Part shown: positions 13,916 through 25,977 of the stretch, in pieces
Position numbering within the stretch: the stretch's first letter is position 1
Layout: each line of letters begins with the position of its first letter
From: Eledone cirrhosa
Taxonomy: Eukaryota
DNA length: 64,000 nt
NCBI GenBank assembly: GCA_964016885.1
Contig: OZ024754.1
Span: forward strand, 30,132,001-30,196,000
Direction: 5' to 3'
Made by a program: the position numbers and the translations under genes
Notes under the pieces: generated by a model
What the model was told of the DNA's origin: nothing
The model's input: the letters and a program-made list of their open reading frames with translations, nothing else
Databases searched by the model: none

Positions 13916-14390
13916 CTACCACATCAAGATGTAAAATACCCGCGTATTGTTCGTACTATCCGTTAGGGTATAATGTGGGGCTGTAATACAGGAAATTGCC
14001 TCAGGTTTGTTGTTTAAGATGTGGTCTTTGGCGTAGAGTATTTCCAGGGCCTCGGCGGCGCAGAGGTCACATGGTCTTTTATTTCCGTTATACGATCTAG
14101 TCTTATCTATGACCTCCCAGTGTAACTTATATTGGGTGTGGTTGTCTTTTAGACTCCAGATATAAGCTGAAAGTGACGTCATATACCTTCTTAAGGGGTT
14201 AAGAAAAGAATGGGTATGCATGTAAAGACGCTGCTTGAATCTATTGGCGGTTAACCCTATGTAGGCCCTACGGGACGTGGGTGTTTCAACCTTACATTTG
14301 TAGACAATGTTACTAGAGAGGCATTTCCCGGATAGGGGGCAGTCAATCCGATTCCTACAATTACAGTTAGTACTAGCACGTGTTCCTACG
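13916..14390 (-). mobile_element. Penelope-like element GIY-YIG endonuclease fragment (Naiad-like)
   Basis: Open frame extends upstream of the track ORF: CNCRNRIDCPLSGKCLSSNIVYKC...AYIGLTANRFKQRLYMH..SF...TSLSAYIW...CDLCAAE...LN. Confidence 0.9.
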
Positions 14391-14715
14391 GCTAGATAAT
14401 TTAGCTCACACTCTTACCCTCTCTCTGTCTTTCTCACACTCTCTCTCTCTCTCTCTCTCTCCTCTCTCTTTCTCTCTCTCATTAAATGCATAGTCTCCAT
14501 TCCATGCGCTAATGCTTGAATTGCGTGTTTATATATCTGCTAAATACACACAAAAGCGCCAGAGTTTCTGTCGAATACGTTTTATGTAAAATATATGTAT
14601 GTTGTATGTATATGTAACCATTCTCATAAAGTTTTGTTTGGATTTTTTCTCTTAATTTATCACTGACATTTCCCAAACACTTAACAAATACACGTTTATA
14701 CAGGAACATGCTTAA

Positions 14716-14788
<73 letters not shown>

Positions 14789-14862
14789 CATATATATATA
14801 TATTCATATATATATATATATACATACATACATATATATATATATATTATATATATATACAT

Positions 14863-14930
<68 letters not shown>

Positions 14931-15239
14931 ACACGTAATTGAAAATTTTCTAAGTATGCAAATGTGCAAATATGCACACAAAAAATACAGAAATACATGC
15001 ATCTATGCAAAATTATGCAATTGTTATTTTGTAAATAACAAAAAATACAAACATTAGCTAGTCAAATTATGGATATAGGAATATCCAGAAACACAAAATA
15101 TCGAATATGAAAATTGACAAAAATATAATTATAACGATACAGGCATAAAACAAAATCAAATCCTGCTTCTGCAACACCTACAAGGAACCATATTTAAATG
15201 TCAGAAAAGCCAGAAAACTTCTCAAAGCTACTTTCCTGA

Positions 15240-15860
15240 GTTCCTGAGCATCACTTGAAAACCACTTGGCTAATGTAACTACGCCCCCACCAAGTTCAAT
15301 GAGCTCCTGCTATACATTAACAGCTTCTATATCATAATCAAGAATCTAATTTAAAATATCATTCTTCATTTAAGTAGCATAACCTCTAATAAGTCCTCCT
15401 TCAACAGATAGGCCTAATATTATAATAAATCATTGATATTACACTGGTTTAAAGATAAAATATAATGAACACTAAGCACCATAAGTCATCCAAACACCAG
15501 AAAATAAAGCCCTGATGGGTAAACTCTAACTCCTTTGTGGTCATACTATACGATCAATCTTAGCTAAATATAAATCCTTCTAAAAGAGAGACACTTTCGC
15601 AATAACCACAGGCACTCTGGAATATTTAACAAGAAGGACATTAAAATCAATTATAGTTGGATCCTTAACTTTGCCTCACAAACAGCCTGCTTCAATATTT
15701 ATCCAACAACTTTGCCGATAAAATCGGTCCTGAAATATAACTGCATATACCCGACTGATTGCCCACTCGGCGGTCTATGCATATTAAGACTAGAACAAAA
15801 TCTGTAAGATGTCTTGGTTGAAATCAACACAAGTGAATTCTATATTGATCTAACAGAATA
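15240..15860 (+). mobile_element. Highly degenerate PLE fragment (RT thumb, linker, start of endonuclease)
   Basis: Broken frames read SNKSSFN..YYNKSL, IFNKKDIKINYS, NCIYPTDCPLGGLC and FYIDLT, parallel to the 39473-40057 protein. Confidence 0.6.
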
Positions 15861-15895
15861 CACACACACACATATATATATATACAGTGTATATG

Positions 15896-16669
15896 TCCTG
15901 AGTTGGTTTTCTCGTTGCTTTGGTTCTTGCGGCTGGCTTACCGGTCGCAATCTTCAATTTGCAAAGCTGTCTAAACGTAATGTTATTACTCTAAGGTAAA
16001 ATACCTTATTGAGTGCTTAGCTGCACATTCCTGTTGCATTCGTTAGCATAGCTGCAGCCCAGAGCTTCTATTCTGCTGAATTTCCATTTGTATTATTATC
16101 TCCTAGACTTAATGATTAATTGATTAATTTAATTACACAATTCTATTGGTTGGTTAATTATTTATGTTTGTTTAATAACGTCTGGTCGTGAGCTTTATTC
16201 GGTTTGTGGAAAGGAATTTATTCCTTTGTTCAAAATTTGAATTTCGACCGCCAAAAACCGGGGGTTATCTCCCTTTGGGAAAACCTCGTGACCGCCAGCA
16301 GTCTTACTGCTATAACTCACACCCGGCAGCGGCATAGAACGGATACCTGTTGAGAAAGTGAACCTTCTGTTCGATCTTCCAAAACCAATAACTTGCGTAC
16401 CCCGCACGTGGATTTTGTTGAAACCTAGCGGAGATATTGTATAATATCGACGCCATGGTCCAGGTTTGTCAAATTATCCTGAGTTGGTTTTCTCGTTGCT
16501 TTGGTCCCTGCGGCTGGCTTACCGGTCGCAATCTTTAATTTGCAAAGCTGTCTAAACGTAATGTTATAACTCTAAGGTAAAATACCTTATTGAGTGCTTA
16601 GCGGCACATTCCGATTGCATTCGTTAGCATAGCTGCAGCCCAGAGCTTCTATTCTGCTGAATTTCCCTT

Positions 16670-16672
<3 letters not shown>
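15896..16672. repeat. Unclassified element: 581-bp period with a ~195-bp direct terminal repeat, between microsatellite tracts
   Basis: TCCTGAGTTGGTTTTCTCG... starts at 15896 and at 16477, and the copies differ by few substitutions. Confidence 0.85.
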
Positions 16673-16720
<48 letters not shown>

Positions 16721-16726
<6 letters not shown>

Positions 16727-16881
16727 ATACTTGAGGAGGGTCATATTGTTGTAATAATATTGCCAGAAATAATAACAGAACATACTCACTGTTTTGTTGG
16801 TTTTCGCTTCTGTATCTTTTATATCTCCAAGTATAACAATATTTGTTTCGACACACGATTTCATATCAAAAACCTTTCAAC

Positions 16882-16886
<5 letters not shown>
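16721..16886. mobile_element. Short member of the 2437-3015 family
   Basis: ATTGTTATACTTG...CAAGTATAACAAT (16721-16840) plus a one-sided extension, inside (TA)n. Confidence 0.75.
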
Positions 16887-16925
<39 letters not shown>

Positions 16926-16966
16926 GAAGTATTTCCGTCAGAAAGGTACAGGAAAAAATAGCTTAT

Positions 16967-17144
16967 TAGTTATGTAATAAACAATGGTTTCTTGAAGACA
17001 GATGTTGTGTTTGTCTTCAGTCGTCAGAATGAATAAAATACACCATGTTTTTTATTTATTCTGACGACTGAAGACAGACACATCTGTCTTCAAGAAACCA
17101 CTGGTAAATGAAATAATTATCTTATGTTGTTTATTACATAACTA
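16967..17144. repeat. Fold-back pLTR piece containing two opposed hammerhead cores
   Basis: Outer arms TAGTTATGTAATAAACAA / TTGTTTATTACATAACTA. Inner arms are about 16985-17040 and 17050-17100. Confidence 0.8.
17056..17111 (+). ncRNA. Type I hammerhead ribozyme
   Basis: TTATT-CTGACGA-CTGAAGACAGA.CACA.TCTGTCTTCAA-GAAA-CCA.C.TGG-TA^AATGA. Confidence 0.8.
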
Positions 17145-17159
17145 TATATATATATATAA

Positions 17160-20083
17160 CTACTACGCCTCGATAACCCAACCACTCCTTTTGGTTGCTT
17201 TGGATCACGCCAAAACAATTACATCCATTACTGACCAGGAAATATACATACACCAAAACCTCATTGAAAAGTTTCCTACGTTCGGAAGTGGTTTGCACAG
17301 AGATGACGGGCTTGCTACTCTCACTGGATACAACCCCAGTAGCACGGACCGGGTCCGTAAACACTTCATCAAATTCTTCCGAGATTTGGGTTTCAAAATC
17401 ACCCCTGTGTCAACTTTCTGTATGTAACACTAACTCTGGAGAATAATTTGTACGACCCCTACAGGAAACCAAACAAGAATATGTTATATCCACCGCCATT
17501 CCAACCATCCAAGGAACATTACCAATAATTTGTACGACCCCTACAGGAAACCAAACAAGAATATGTTATATCCACCGCCATTCCAACCATCCAAGGAACA
17601 TTACCAATAATTTGTACGACCCCTACAGGAAACCAAACAAGAATATGTTATATCCACCGCCATTCCAACCATCCAAGGAACATTACCAATAATTTGTACG
17701 ACCCCTACAGGAAACCAAACAAGAATATGTTATATCCACCGCCATTCCAACCATCCAAGGAACATTACCAATAATTTGTACGACCCCTACAGGAAACCAA
17801 ACAAGAATATGTTATATCCACCGCCATTCCAACCATCCAAGGAACATTACCAATAATTTGTACGACCCCTACAGGAAACCAAACAAGAATATGTTATATC
17901 CACCGCCATTCCAACCATCCAAGGAACATTACCAATAATTTGTACGACCCCTACAGGAAACCAAACAAGAATATGTTATATCCACCGCCATTCCAACCAT
18001 CCAAGGAACATTACCAATAATTTGTACGACCCCTACAGGAAACCAAACAAGAATATGTTATATCCACCGCCATTCCAACCATCCAAGGAACATTACCAAT
18101 AATTTGTACGACCCCTACAGGAAACCAAACAAGAATATGTTATATCCACCGCCATTCCAACCATCCAAGGAACATTACCAATAATTTGTACGACCCCTAC
18201 AGGAAACCAAACAAGAATATGTTATATCCACCGCCATTCCAACCATCCAAGGAACATTACCAATAATTTGTACGACCCCTACAGGAAACCAAACAAGAAT
18301 ATGTTATATCCACCGCCATTCCAACCATCCAAGGAACATTACCAATAATTTGTACGACCCCTACAGGAAACCAAACAAGAATATGTTATATCCACCGCCA
18401 TTCCAACCATCCAAGGAACATTACCAATAATTTGTACGACCCCTACAGGAAACCAAACAAGAATATGTTATATCCACCGCCATTCCAACCATCCAAGGAA
18501 CATTACCAATAATTTGTACGACCCCTACAGGAAACCAAACAAGAATATGTTATATCCACCGCCATTCCAACCATCCAAGGAACATTACCAATAATTTGTA
18601 CGACCCCTACAGGAAACCAAACAAGAATATGTTATATCCACCGCCATTCCAACCATCCAAGGAACATTACCAATAATTTGTACGACCCCTACAGGAAACC
18701 AAACAAGAATATGTTATATCCACCGCCATTCCAACCATCCAAGGAACATTACCAATAATTTGTACGACCCCTACAGGAAACCAAACAAGAATATGTTATA
18801 TCCACCGCCATTCCAACCATCCAAGGAACATTACCAATAATTTGTACGACCCCTACAGGAAACCAAACAAGAATATGTTATATCCACCGCCATTCCAACC
18901 ATCCAAGGAACATTACCAATAATTTGTACGACCCCTACAGGAAACCAAACAAGAATATGTTATATCCACCGCCATTCCAACCATCCAAGGAACATTACCA
19001 ATAATTTGTACGACCCCTACAGGAAACCAAACAAGAATATGTTATATCCACCGCCATTCCAACCATCCAAGGAACATTACCAATAATTTGTACGACCCCT
19101 ACAGGAAACCAAACAAGAATATGTTATATCCACCGCCATTCCAACCATCCAAGGAACATTACCAATAATTTGTACGACCCCTACAGGAAACCAAACAAGA
19201 ATATGTTATATCCACCGCCATTCCAACCATCCAAGGAACATTACCAATAATTTGTACGACCCCTACAGGAAACCAAACAAGAATATGTTATATCCACCGC
19301 CATTCCAACCATCCAAGGAACATTACCAATAATTTGTACGACCCCTACAGGAAACCAAACAAGAATATGTTATATCCACCGCCATTCCAACCATCCAAGG
19401 AACATTACCAATAATTTGTACGACCCCTACAGGAAACCAAACAAGAATATGTTATATCCACCGCCATTCCAACCATCCAAGGAACATTACCAATAATTTG
19501 TACGACCCCTACAGGAAACCAAACAAGAATATGTTATATCCACCGCCATTCCAACCATCCAAGGAACATTACCAATAATTTGTACGACCCCTACAGGAAA
19601 CCAAACAAGAATATGTTATATCCACCGCCATTCCAACCATCCAAGGAACATTACCAATAATTTGTACGACCCCTACAGGAAACCAAACAAGAATATGTTA
19701 TATCCACCGCCATTCCAACCATCCAAGGAACATTACCAATAATTTGTACGACCCCTACAGGAAACCAAACAAGAATATGTTATATCCACCGCCATTCCAA
19801 CCATCCAAGGAACATTACCAATAATTTGTACGACCCCTACAGGAAACCAAACTAGAATATGTTATATCCACCGCCATTCCAACCATCCAAGGAACATTAC
19901 CAATAATTTGTACGACCCCTACAGGAAACCAAACTAGAATATGTTATATCCACCGCCATTCCAACCATCCAAGGAACATTACCAATAATTTAGTAAAAAA
20001 TATCTCCCTCCGTATATTACGCTTGTCCGCAAATGAGCAGATCTTCAATAAACACGTGCCTTAGTACAACCAGGCCCTCAAAA
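17160..20083 (+). mobile_element. PLE reverse transcriptase fragment interrupted by an internally generated satellite
   Basis: YASITQPLLL.AL, then GLHRDDGL (the YRDD catalytic motif, mutated), FIKFFRDLGFKIT, VNFLYVTL.L and YDPYRKPN. After the array it resumes as NNLVKNISLRILRLSANEQIFN...YNQALK. Confidence 0.85.
17442..19991 (+). repeat. 82-bp satellite, 31 copies, nearly invariant
   Basis: AATAATTT starts at 17442, 17524 ... 19984 (2542/82 = 31). Only the last two copies show ACAAGAAT>ACTAGAAT. Confidence 0.97.
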
Positions 20084-20425
20084 TGTGCCACTGGTTCAGC
20101 CAATCGTTGGGGTGCCACTCTAGATATGCCACTGGTTCAGCCAATCGTTGGGGTGCCACTCTAGATGTGCCACTGGTTCAGCCAATCGCTGGGGTGCCAC
20201 TGGTGCAGCCAATCGTTGGGGCGCTACTGGTGCAGCCAGTCACTGGGGTGTCACACTAGATGTGCCACTAGTGCTGCCAGTCACTGGGGTGCACACTCTA
20301 GATGTGTTACTTGTGCAACCAGTCATTGGGGTATCACACTAGATGTGCCACTGGTGCAGACAGTCGTTGGGGTACCATTCTAGATGTGCCACTGGTGCTG
20401 CCAGTCAGTGGCATGCCACTCTAGA
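20083..20425 (+). repeat. Degenerate ~41-bp (and shorter) minisatellite
   Basis: Unit ATGTGCCACTGGTTCAGCCAATCGTTGGGGTGCCACTCTAG, about 9 variable copies. Confidence 0.85.
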
Positions 20426-21073
20426 CGCTTTCGCAATCAGACGTCGCCACTGGTCTCTATTCTCTGTCATGCGTGGAAGAGTCTCGGTGTTGTGACCAGT
20501 CCAGTCGTTGATGTCGGATCAGGATTTTCTTCGTGTGCCTCTTCTTCTCCCTCTCTTGACTGTGCCCTGAGGGTGGTTTTCGAAAAAGTGTTGTAGCGGG
20601 ATACATGATAATACGAGGCAGGCTTTCATCTTTTCACCATTTGCAAGGTGTGTTTCCTGTCTACCAACATATTTGTTAACTTACTGCCTGACAAAGCTTT
20701 TTGTTTTGTGCTCCATGTATGGGATGTGTAGTAACCTTCTGAAGTACTTGTGTTCGAATGACTGGATTCTTCGTTCCACGTCGGCTGTGAGAGTCCAACT
20801 CTCACACCCATACTAAAGGATCGAAGTCACCAAAGACTTGTATAGTTTGAGCTTCGTTGGAAAACTAATGGAGTTGTTTTTTCCATATGACATTCAGCTT
20901 TCCCATAGCAGAAGTTGCCAAGGCGAGTCTAGTCAGTATCTCCTTTTGAGTTCTGCCATCTTTGTTCAGAGTAGATCCTAGGTTCTTGAAAGTGTCCATT
21001 TCTTCAAGTCTTCCTCCGTTCAAGCATAATGTTGGCTGTTATATTTTGATTGTTACTATTAACCAGAATCTTG
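20426..21073 (-). mobile_element. RTE-clade LINE 3' fragment, degenerate
   Basis: Broken frames read FKNLGSTLNKDG, KLKLYKSLV, YGCESWTL, RIQSFE, GRRRG and NRDQWRRL. Confidence 0.85.
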
Positions 21074-22088
21074 CGATATATATTAATATGTAAACATAAG
21101 AAAACAGAAAACCTAATTTATCTTAATCAACACTCATCGAACAACAAAGAATATTGTGAATCATTTAAAGTGGGTCATTTAGCCATCCAAGCTACAGTTT
21201 TATGCTAATACGAACGTAGAGTTCTGTCTACCGATAAAATAATTTATTAACTGGACGCCATTGAAAACTGATAAAAGAAAAAAATGAAAAGAATTCATTA
21301 TTATTCAGCTTTTATCAAATAGGTAAAGCGGTTATCTTCATAAATTTCAGCCACATTAAACTGTTAAGAAAGTCACAGCGAGAGAAAAAAGCCATTATGG
21401 TGGCAACTCAGAATTGAAAATGTAATAACTTTTCCTTCAACATAACACATCAAAAGGTCAACTCACTTTGTTTCAATGATTTATCATCAGAATGGAAGAT
21501 GTTTCCTTTTTTTTTTAAATACCGCTCATAGAATTTGTTGGTGAGTCTTAAATTGTATTTAGAAGCCACTTAAACGAAATTCATTCGTCTCTTATTGTAG
21601 TGTTCATCTTTTCTATTTACATATGTGTCTGTCGAAACATTTATTAAGATTTCTATTAATCTCTTTCTTACGTTCTTTTATGCGGATTTAGCGATTGTTG
21701 AACGAAAGTCTTTTGTAAATATACTATAAAATAGAATAATAAATTGAATATATTATTTTTCTAAGAAATGTATTTCTTTCCTGGCGCTACGAACTACGCT
21801 ACCTATCAGTTAAAGTTAATATAATTCGCGTCATATAAGACACTATCAGCTACAACTGATAGAAATTGCACCAAAAATAATGATACGACGAAATAATCTT
21901 CTTATATTTATGTTATCATCGCCAAATGAGGTTTATTTAGTTTGTTTTCATGGAGTTATATCTTTTACTAGTTTATTACCACCACCATCGCCCACTTCTG
22001 AAAGCATATTTCTTCCTTCATTGTTTATATTAAACTAACCGAAAATTTTCAACCTAAGAAAATACTCAATTTTTCTGTTTCTTTCTCC

Positions 22089-22646
22089 CTGTGAGGGTTA
22101 TGTCGTCTGGCCATGATAAACTGGGACTATATTTCCTTATAGACTATTGCTTTCTTTTTTGCGACGATTCTATCGTCTGGGCATGATAATGAGCTAAGTT
22201 TCATTACTGGGACTACAATTCCTGTTACTTCTCTTTACACCGTGAGGGTTATATCGTCTGGCCATGATATACTGGGACTATATTTCCTTATAGACTGTTA
22301 CTTTCTCTTTACACCGTGAGGGTTATATCGTCTGGGTATGATATACTGGGACTATATTTCCTTATAGACTGTTACTTTCTCTTTACACCGTGAGGGTTAT
22401 ATCGTCTGGGTATGATATACTGGGACTATATTTCCTTATAGACTGTTACTTTCTCTTTACACCGTGAGGGTTATATCGTCTGGGTATGATATACTGGGAC
22501 TATATTTCCTTATAGACTGTTACTTTCTCTTTACACCGTGAGGGTTATATCGTCTGGGTATGATATACTGGGACTATATTTCCTTATAGACTGTTACTTT
22601 CTCTTTACACCGTGAGGGTTATATCGTCTGGGTATGATATACTGGG
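22089..22646 (+). repeat. 74-bp tandem repeat (about 5.5 near-identical copies preceded by about 2 degenerate ones)
   Basis: CCGTGAGGGTTATATCGTCTGG... at 22240, 22314, 22388, 22462, 22536 and 22610. Confidence 0.92.
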
Positions 22647-22669
22647 AATGCAAATCTAAACACAGTCAT

Positions 22670-22790
22670 CTTTGACTTTCATTCGTCCGGGGTCGATAAA
22701 ATAAAGTACCAGTTAAATACTGAGGATGAAATAATAGACTTTTATCTTACCTTCCTCCAAATTGCTGGCTTTGTGCCAATGTTAGAAAGA
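22670..22790 (+). mobile_element. SINE family A long variant, 3' half, diverged
   Basis: CTTTCATTCGTCCGGGGTCGATAAAATAAAGTACCAG...AAATTGCTGGCTTTGTGCC. Confidence 0.75.
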
Positions 22791-23091
22791 GATATTTATT
22801 CGTTGGTGTTATGTAAATACAAGCTAAAGCAAATAATCCGCATTCTCTTCAACTACAAACCCGAATTTACTTTAGAATCAATCTAAAGTAATGTTTTTAA
22901 TAGATCTTCATTTAGTTATGTTATCTTAACATTTACAGACAGTAAAATATAAAGACGGAATAGTCAGTGTTCAATATATTTGCACTCTTGAATACAATTG
23001 ATTTTTTATAAAACGTTGATCGCTCTTATCCGCTCCATTAACTAAATCCATTAGAAACGAAACATAAAATTCCAATTGATAGAATTCTCTG

Positions 23092-23105
23092 CAACTAGAT
23101 GGCGC
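23092..23105 (+). promoter_or_regulatory. Possible CTCF-binding motif
   Basis: CAACTAGATGGCGC is one mismatch from the CCASYAGRKGGCRS consensus and lies in apparently unique DNA. Confidence 0.3.
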
Positions 23106-23314
23106 CTGGAAAACTAACAAAGGTGAAAAGAAACAAATGTGTGATGCAGTTGGGATCGGAAGTAGCTTTAAAACCGCAATGCATTCTGGTATAGCTGTGG
23201 GTCCCTTTGCCTAGTGATGATTGATTGAATACTGTAGCATGCTTATCATAGTAATATATTTTAATTTACACAAGACAATGGCTAAAAGCATTTAAGTATA
23301 TATATATATATATG

Positions 23315-23420
<106 letters not shown>

Positions 23421-24249
23421 ACTCTTCTTTCTCTTCTTCTTTTCTTTCTCTTTAACTCCTTCTTTCTTTCTTTCCCTTTAGCTCCTTCTTTCCAAGAAGT
23501 TTCCTCTCATTCGTTTTCTACATCAACTTTATGTTTATATCAATCTTCCTGCAAGCATTGCAATTATACTAACGTTATTTTCTTCTATGTATGTATGTAT
23601 ATATGTGTGTATTTATGTATATGTGTATGTGTGTATTTATCTTTGTATGTACGTATATATGTATATATGTATGTATGCGTTTGTGTGTGTGTAAGTACTT
23701 AGATGTGTATTAATGTTTATGTATGTATATATGCGAGTGTGCGCGTATGTCTGTGTGTGTTTGTATGTGTATATATATATGTGTGTGTGTGTATGTGTGT
23801 GTGCGTGTTTGTGTGTGTGTGTGTTTGTACGTGTGTTTGTACGTGTGTTTGTATGTGTGTATATATGTGTTTGTGTGTGTGTGTTTGTACGTGTGTTTGT
23901 ACGTGTGTTTGTATGTGTGTATATATGTGTTTGTATGTGTGTATATATGTGTTTGTATGTGTGTATATATGTGTTTGTATGTGTGTATATATGTGTATAT
24001 ATGTGTTTTGGGGTGTCTGTGTTTGTGTGTGTTAGACAACAACACCGATTTTTATGGTAGATTTTTTCTCATTACGTACCTTCAATTCAGCTTTCATGCG
24101 GAATGAATACAGCTTGTCTGTGTTTCGTTTGTTTCATTCGAGATTATAAAACAAAAATCACTATGTTATTATCTCCCTTGTTTTTCTAGCTGAAGCTTTT
24201 CTCATCAAAGACTATTAAACAACTTTATTACATACGGCTTGTTATTGTT

Positions 24250-24410
24250 GGACTTCCGTCAGTTTCGACGACCAGACAGAGTTTTCCGGTCATGATACAG
24301 CCTGCTCGTGAAATTAACGAACAAAATATCTTAGCATTCCACAGACGCGTGTAGTTCTTAGGCAGTTTCGATAAGACCCTAACCCTAACCCTTTACAATA
24401 CAGGTACAAT
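24250..24410 (-). mobile_element. SINE family B body, degenerate
   Basis: CAGCCTGCTCGTGAAATTAACG...CATTCCACAGACGCGTGTA. Confidence 0.55.
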
Positions 24411-24554
24411 TCGTTTTTTCTACCTGAGTGTCTTTCTTAAATACACAATGCGAATTGATCTCACGACCTTACTATACACTAACAGATTTTTACTTATATC
24501 AGACATTCATTATATCTATCTATATATCTATCTGTTTGTCTATCTATCTCTCTC

Positions 24555-24593
<39 letters not shown>

Positions 24594-24878
24594 ATAAATA
24601 AAGAAACGCGTGGGAAAAAGGGAACAGAAAACATAAGAGACATAACAGACATAAGGACGATTCCCGCTCATCGGCTGTCTTCTGGGGTAAATTATAGTTT
24701 CGGATACATTAAGACAGGACTATTCACCACAGCGTATCAATAATTATTCTGGGATATATATGGGTCCCAACTCTTTATAATATAACCATACTCTACTACC
24801 CCATGTATCGAGTACTTTCTTGAGTAACGGGCTAACCAGTTTCAAATTGAATCCATCCTGACTTGTATATATATATAA

Positions 24879-25071
24879 ATGTAATCTGAGTTTTTCGAAT
24901 ATTAATAATAATATTAGATTTATTTTCAATTATGCAAACTTCTCGCTCTTGTGTTGACATGCAAACAGAACTGCAGACACTAACGGCCTGATTTGCATAT
25001 TAGCAGACTGGCTGATCAATCAGATCTGCATATTAGCAGACCCACTGATCAGCCAGATTTGCATATCAGCA
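24879..25071 (-). mobile_element. Family Y pLTR-like copy with the hammerhead core deleted
   Basis: Homologous to 30884-31222 but jumps from GACACTAA to CGGCCTG. It keeps the 33-bp octamer-containing repeats. Confidence 0.65.
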
Positions 25072-25606
25072 AATTATTAGTCATATATATATATTAATAT
25101 ATATGAATGTGTATACAGTGTATTTTGCAATACACTGTATGCTTAATTAAAAGCATTTCGAAGACCTTACGCTATTGTTTTAGAGTAGTGACAGTCTCAC
25201 TTACTTTAAATTTTCAGCAAACAGGGGAGATAAAGCTGACAGAGCTCTGTTTCGTACTGATTGGTACTTATCAAAGCCAAGTAATTATCAAAGCCATATA
25301 CTATAATTGAATAGAAAAGAATAGAAAAGTATATTAAAAAACTGAATAGTGTGCGTATATATAATAACGCACTAGAGCTATTTTATTGTAAGAGACTATT
25401 TTGAGTTTCTAACTCAATATATACCTTTGATATATTCGGCTCCGTTAATTTGTTGAGCTAATTCAAATGTCAAGTAAACCTGGCTGCTATTTTTAGTGGT
25501 GTGAGTTTGTGAGACACGCTAGGTTCAGATACCATGTGTGTTATTATATATACGCACACTATTCAATTTTTTAATATACTTAGAAGTGACCAGGATACTA
25601 ATTCGT

Positions 25607-25684
25607 CACCTACTGATGAGCAGAAATCGGTATTCTTCTTCACAATTAATTTTGCGAAACAGCATAGCCAGAGCTGTCTGGGTG
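25607..25684 (+). ncRNA. Canonical type I hammerhead ribozyme with all three stems
   Basis: CACCTA-CTGATGA-GCAGAA(loop)TTTTGC-GAAAC-AGC.ATAGCCAGA.GCT-GTC^TGGGTG. Confidence 0.9.
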
Positions 25685-25939
25685 GTTGGTAGTTACCACA
25701 ATTCCGGTTTGTATTTATTTTCTTGATTTATTCTTAAATTGAGTCTGGAAAACCCTATTGTCTATAGTTAGTATTCTTTTTACCTTAGCGAGTCTGGTCC
25801 CTTACGATTTGAACACATATATGTATATATCTGTGTGTTGTCTTTCTTTTATATTTATATATATTTATTTTATGCATATATATATATATATTAAGAGAGT
25901 AAAACAAAGAAGCCTTCAATACATCAAAAGTCTTTATTA

Positions 25940-25977
25940 GCTGACAATGTTTCGTCCTATTAAGGACTCATCAGGGC
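25940..25977 (-). ncRNA. Minimal type I hammerhead ribozyme
   Basis: GCC-CTGATGA-GTCCT.TAAT.AGGAC-GAAAC-ATT-GTC^AGC, then AATAAA. Confidence 0.85.

Noticed and set aside
17442-19991. CRISPR-like regular array
   Set aside because: There are no unique spacers and no cas genes. It is a pure tandem repeat in a eukaryotic context.
24377-24392. Telomeric (CCCTAA)n seed
   Set aside because: It has only about 2.5 units inside a decayed SINE, which is too short to interpret.
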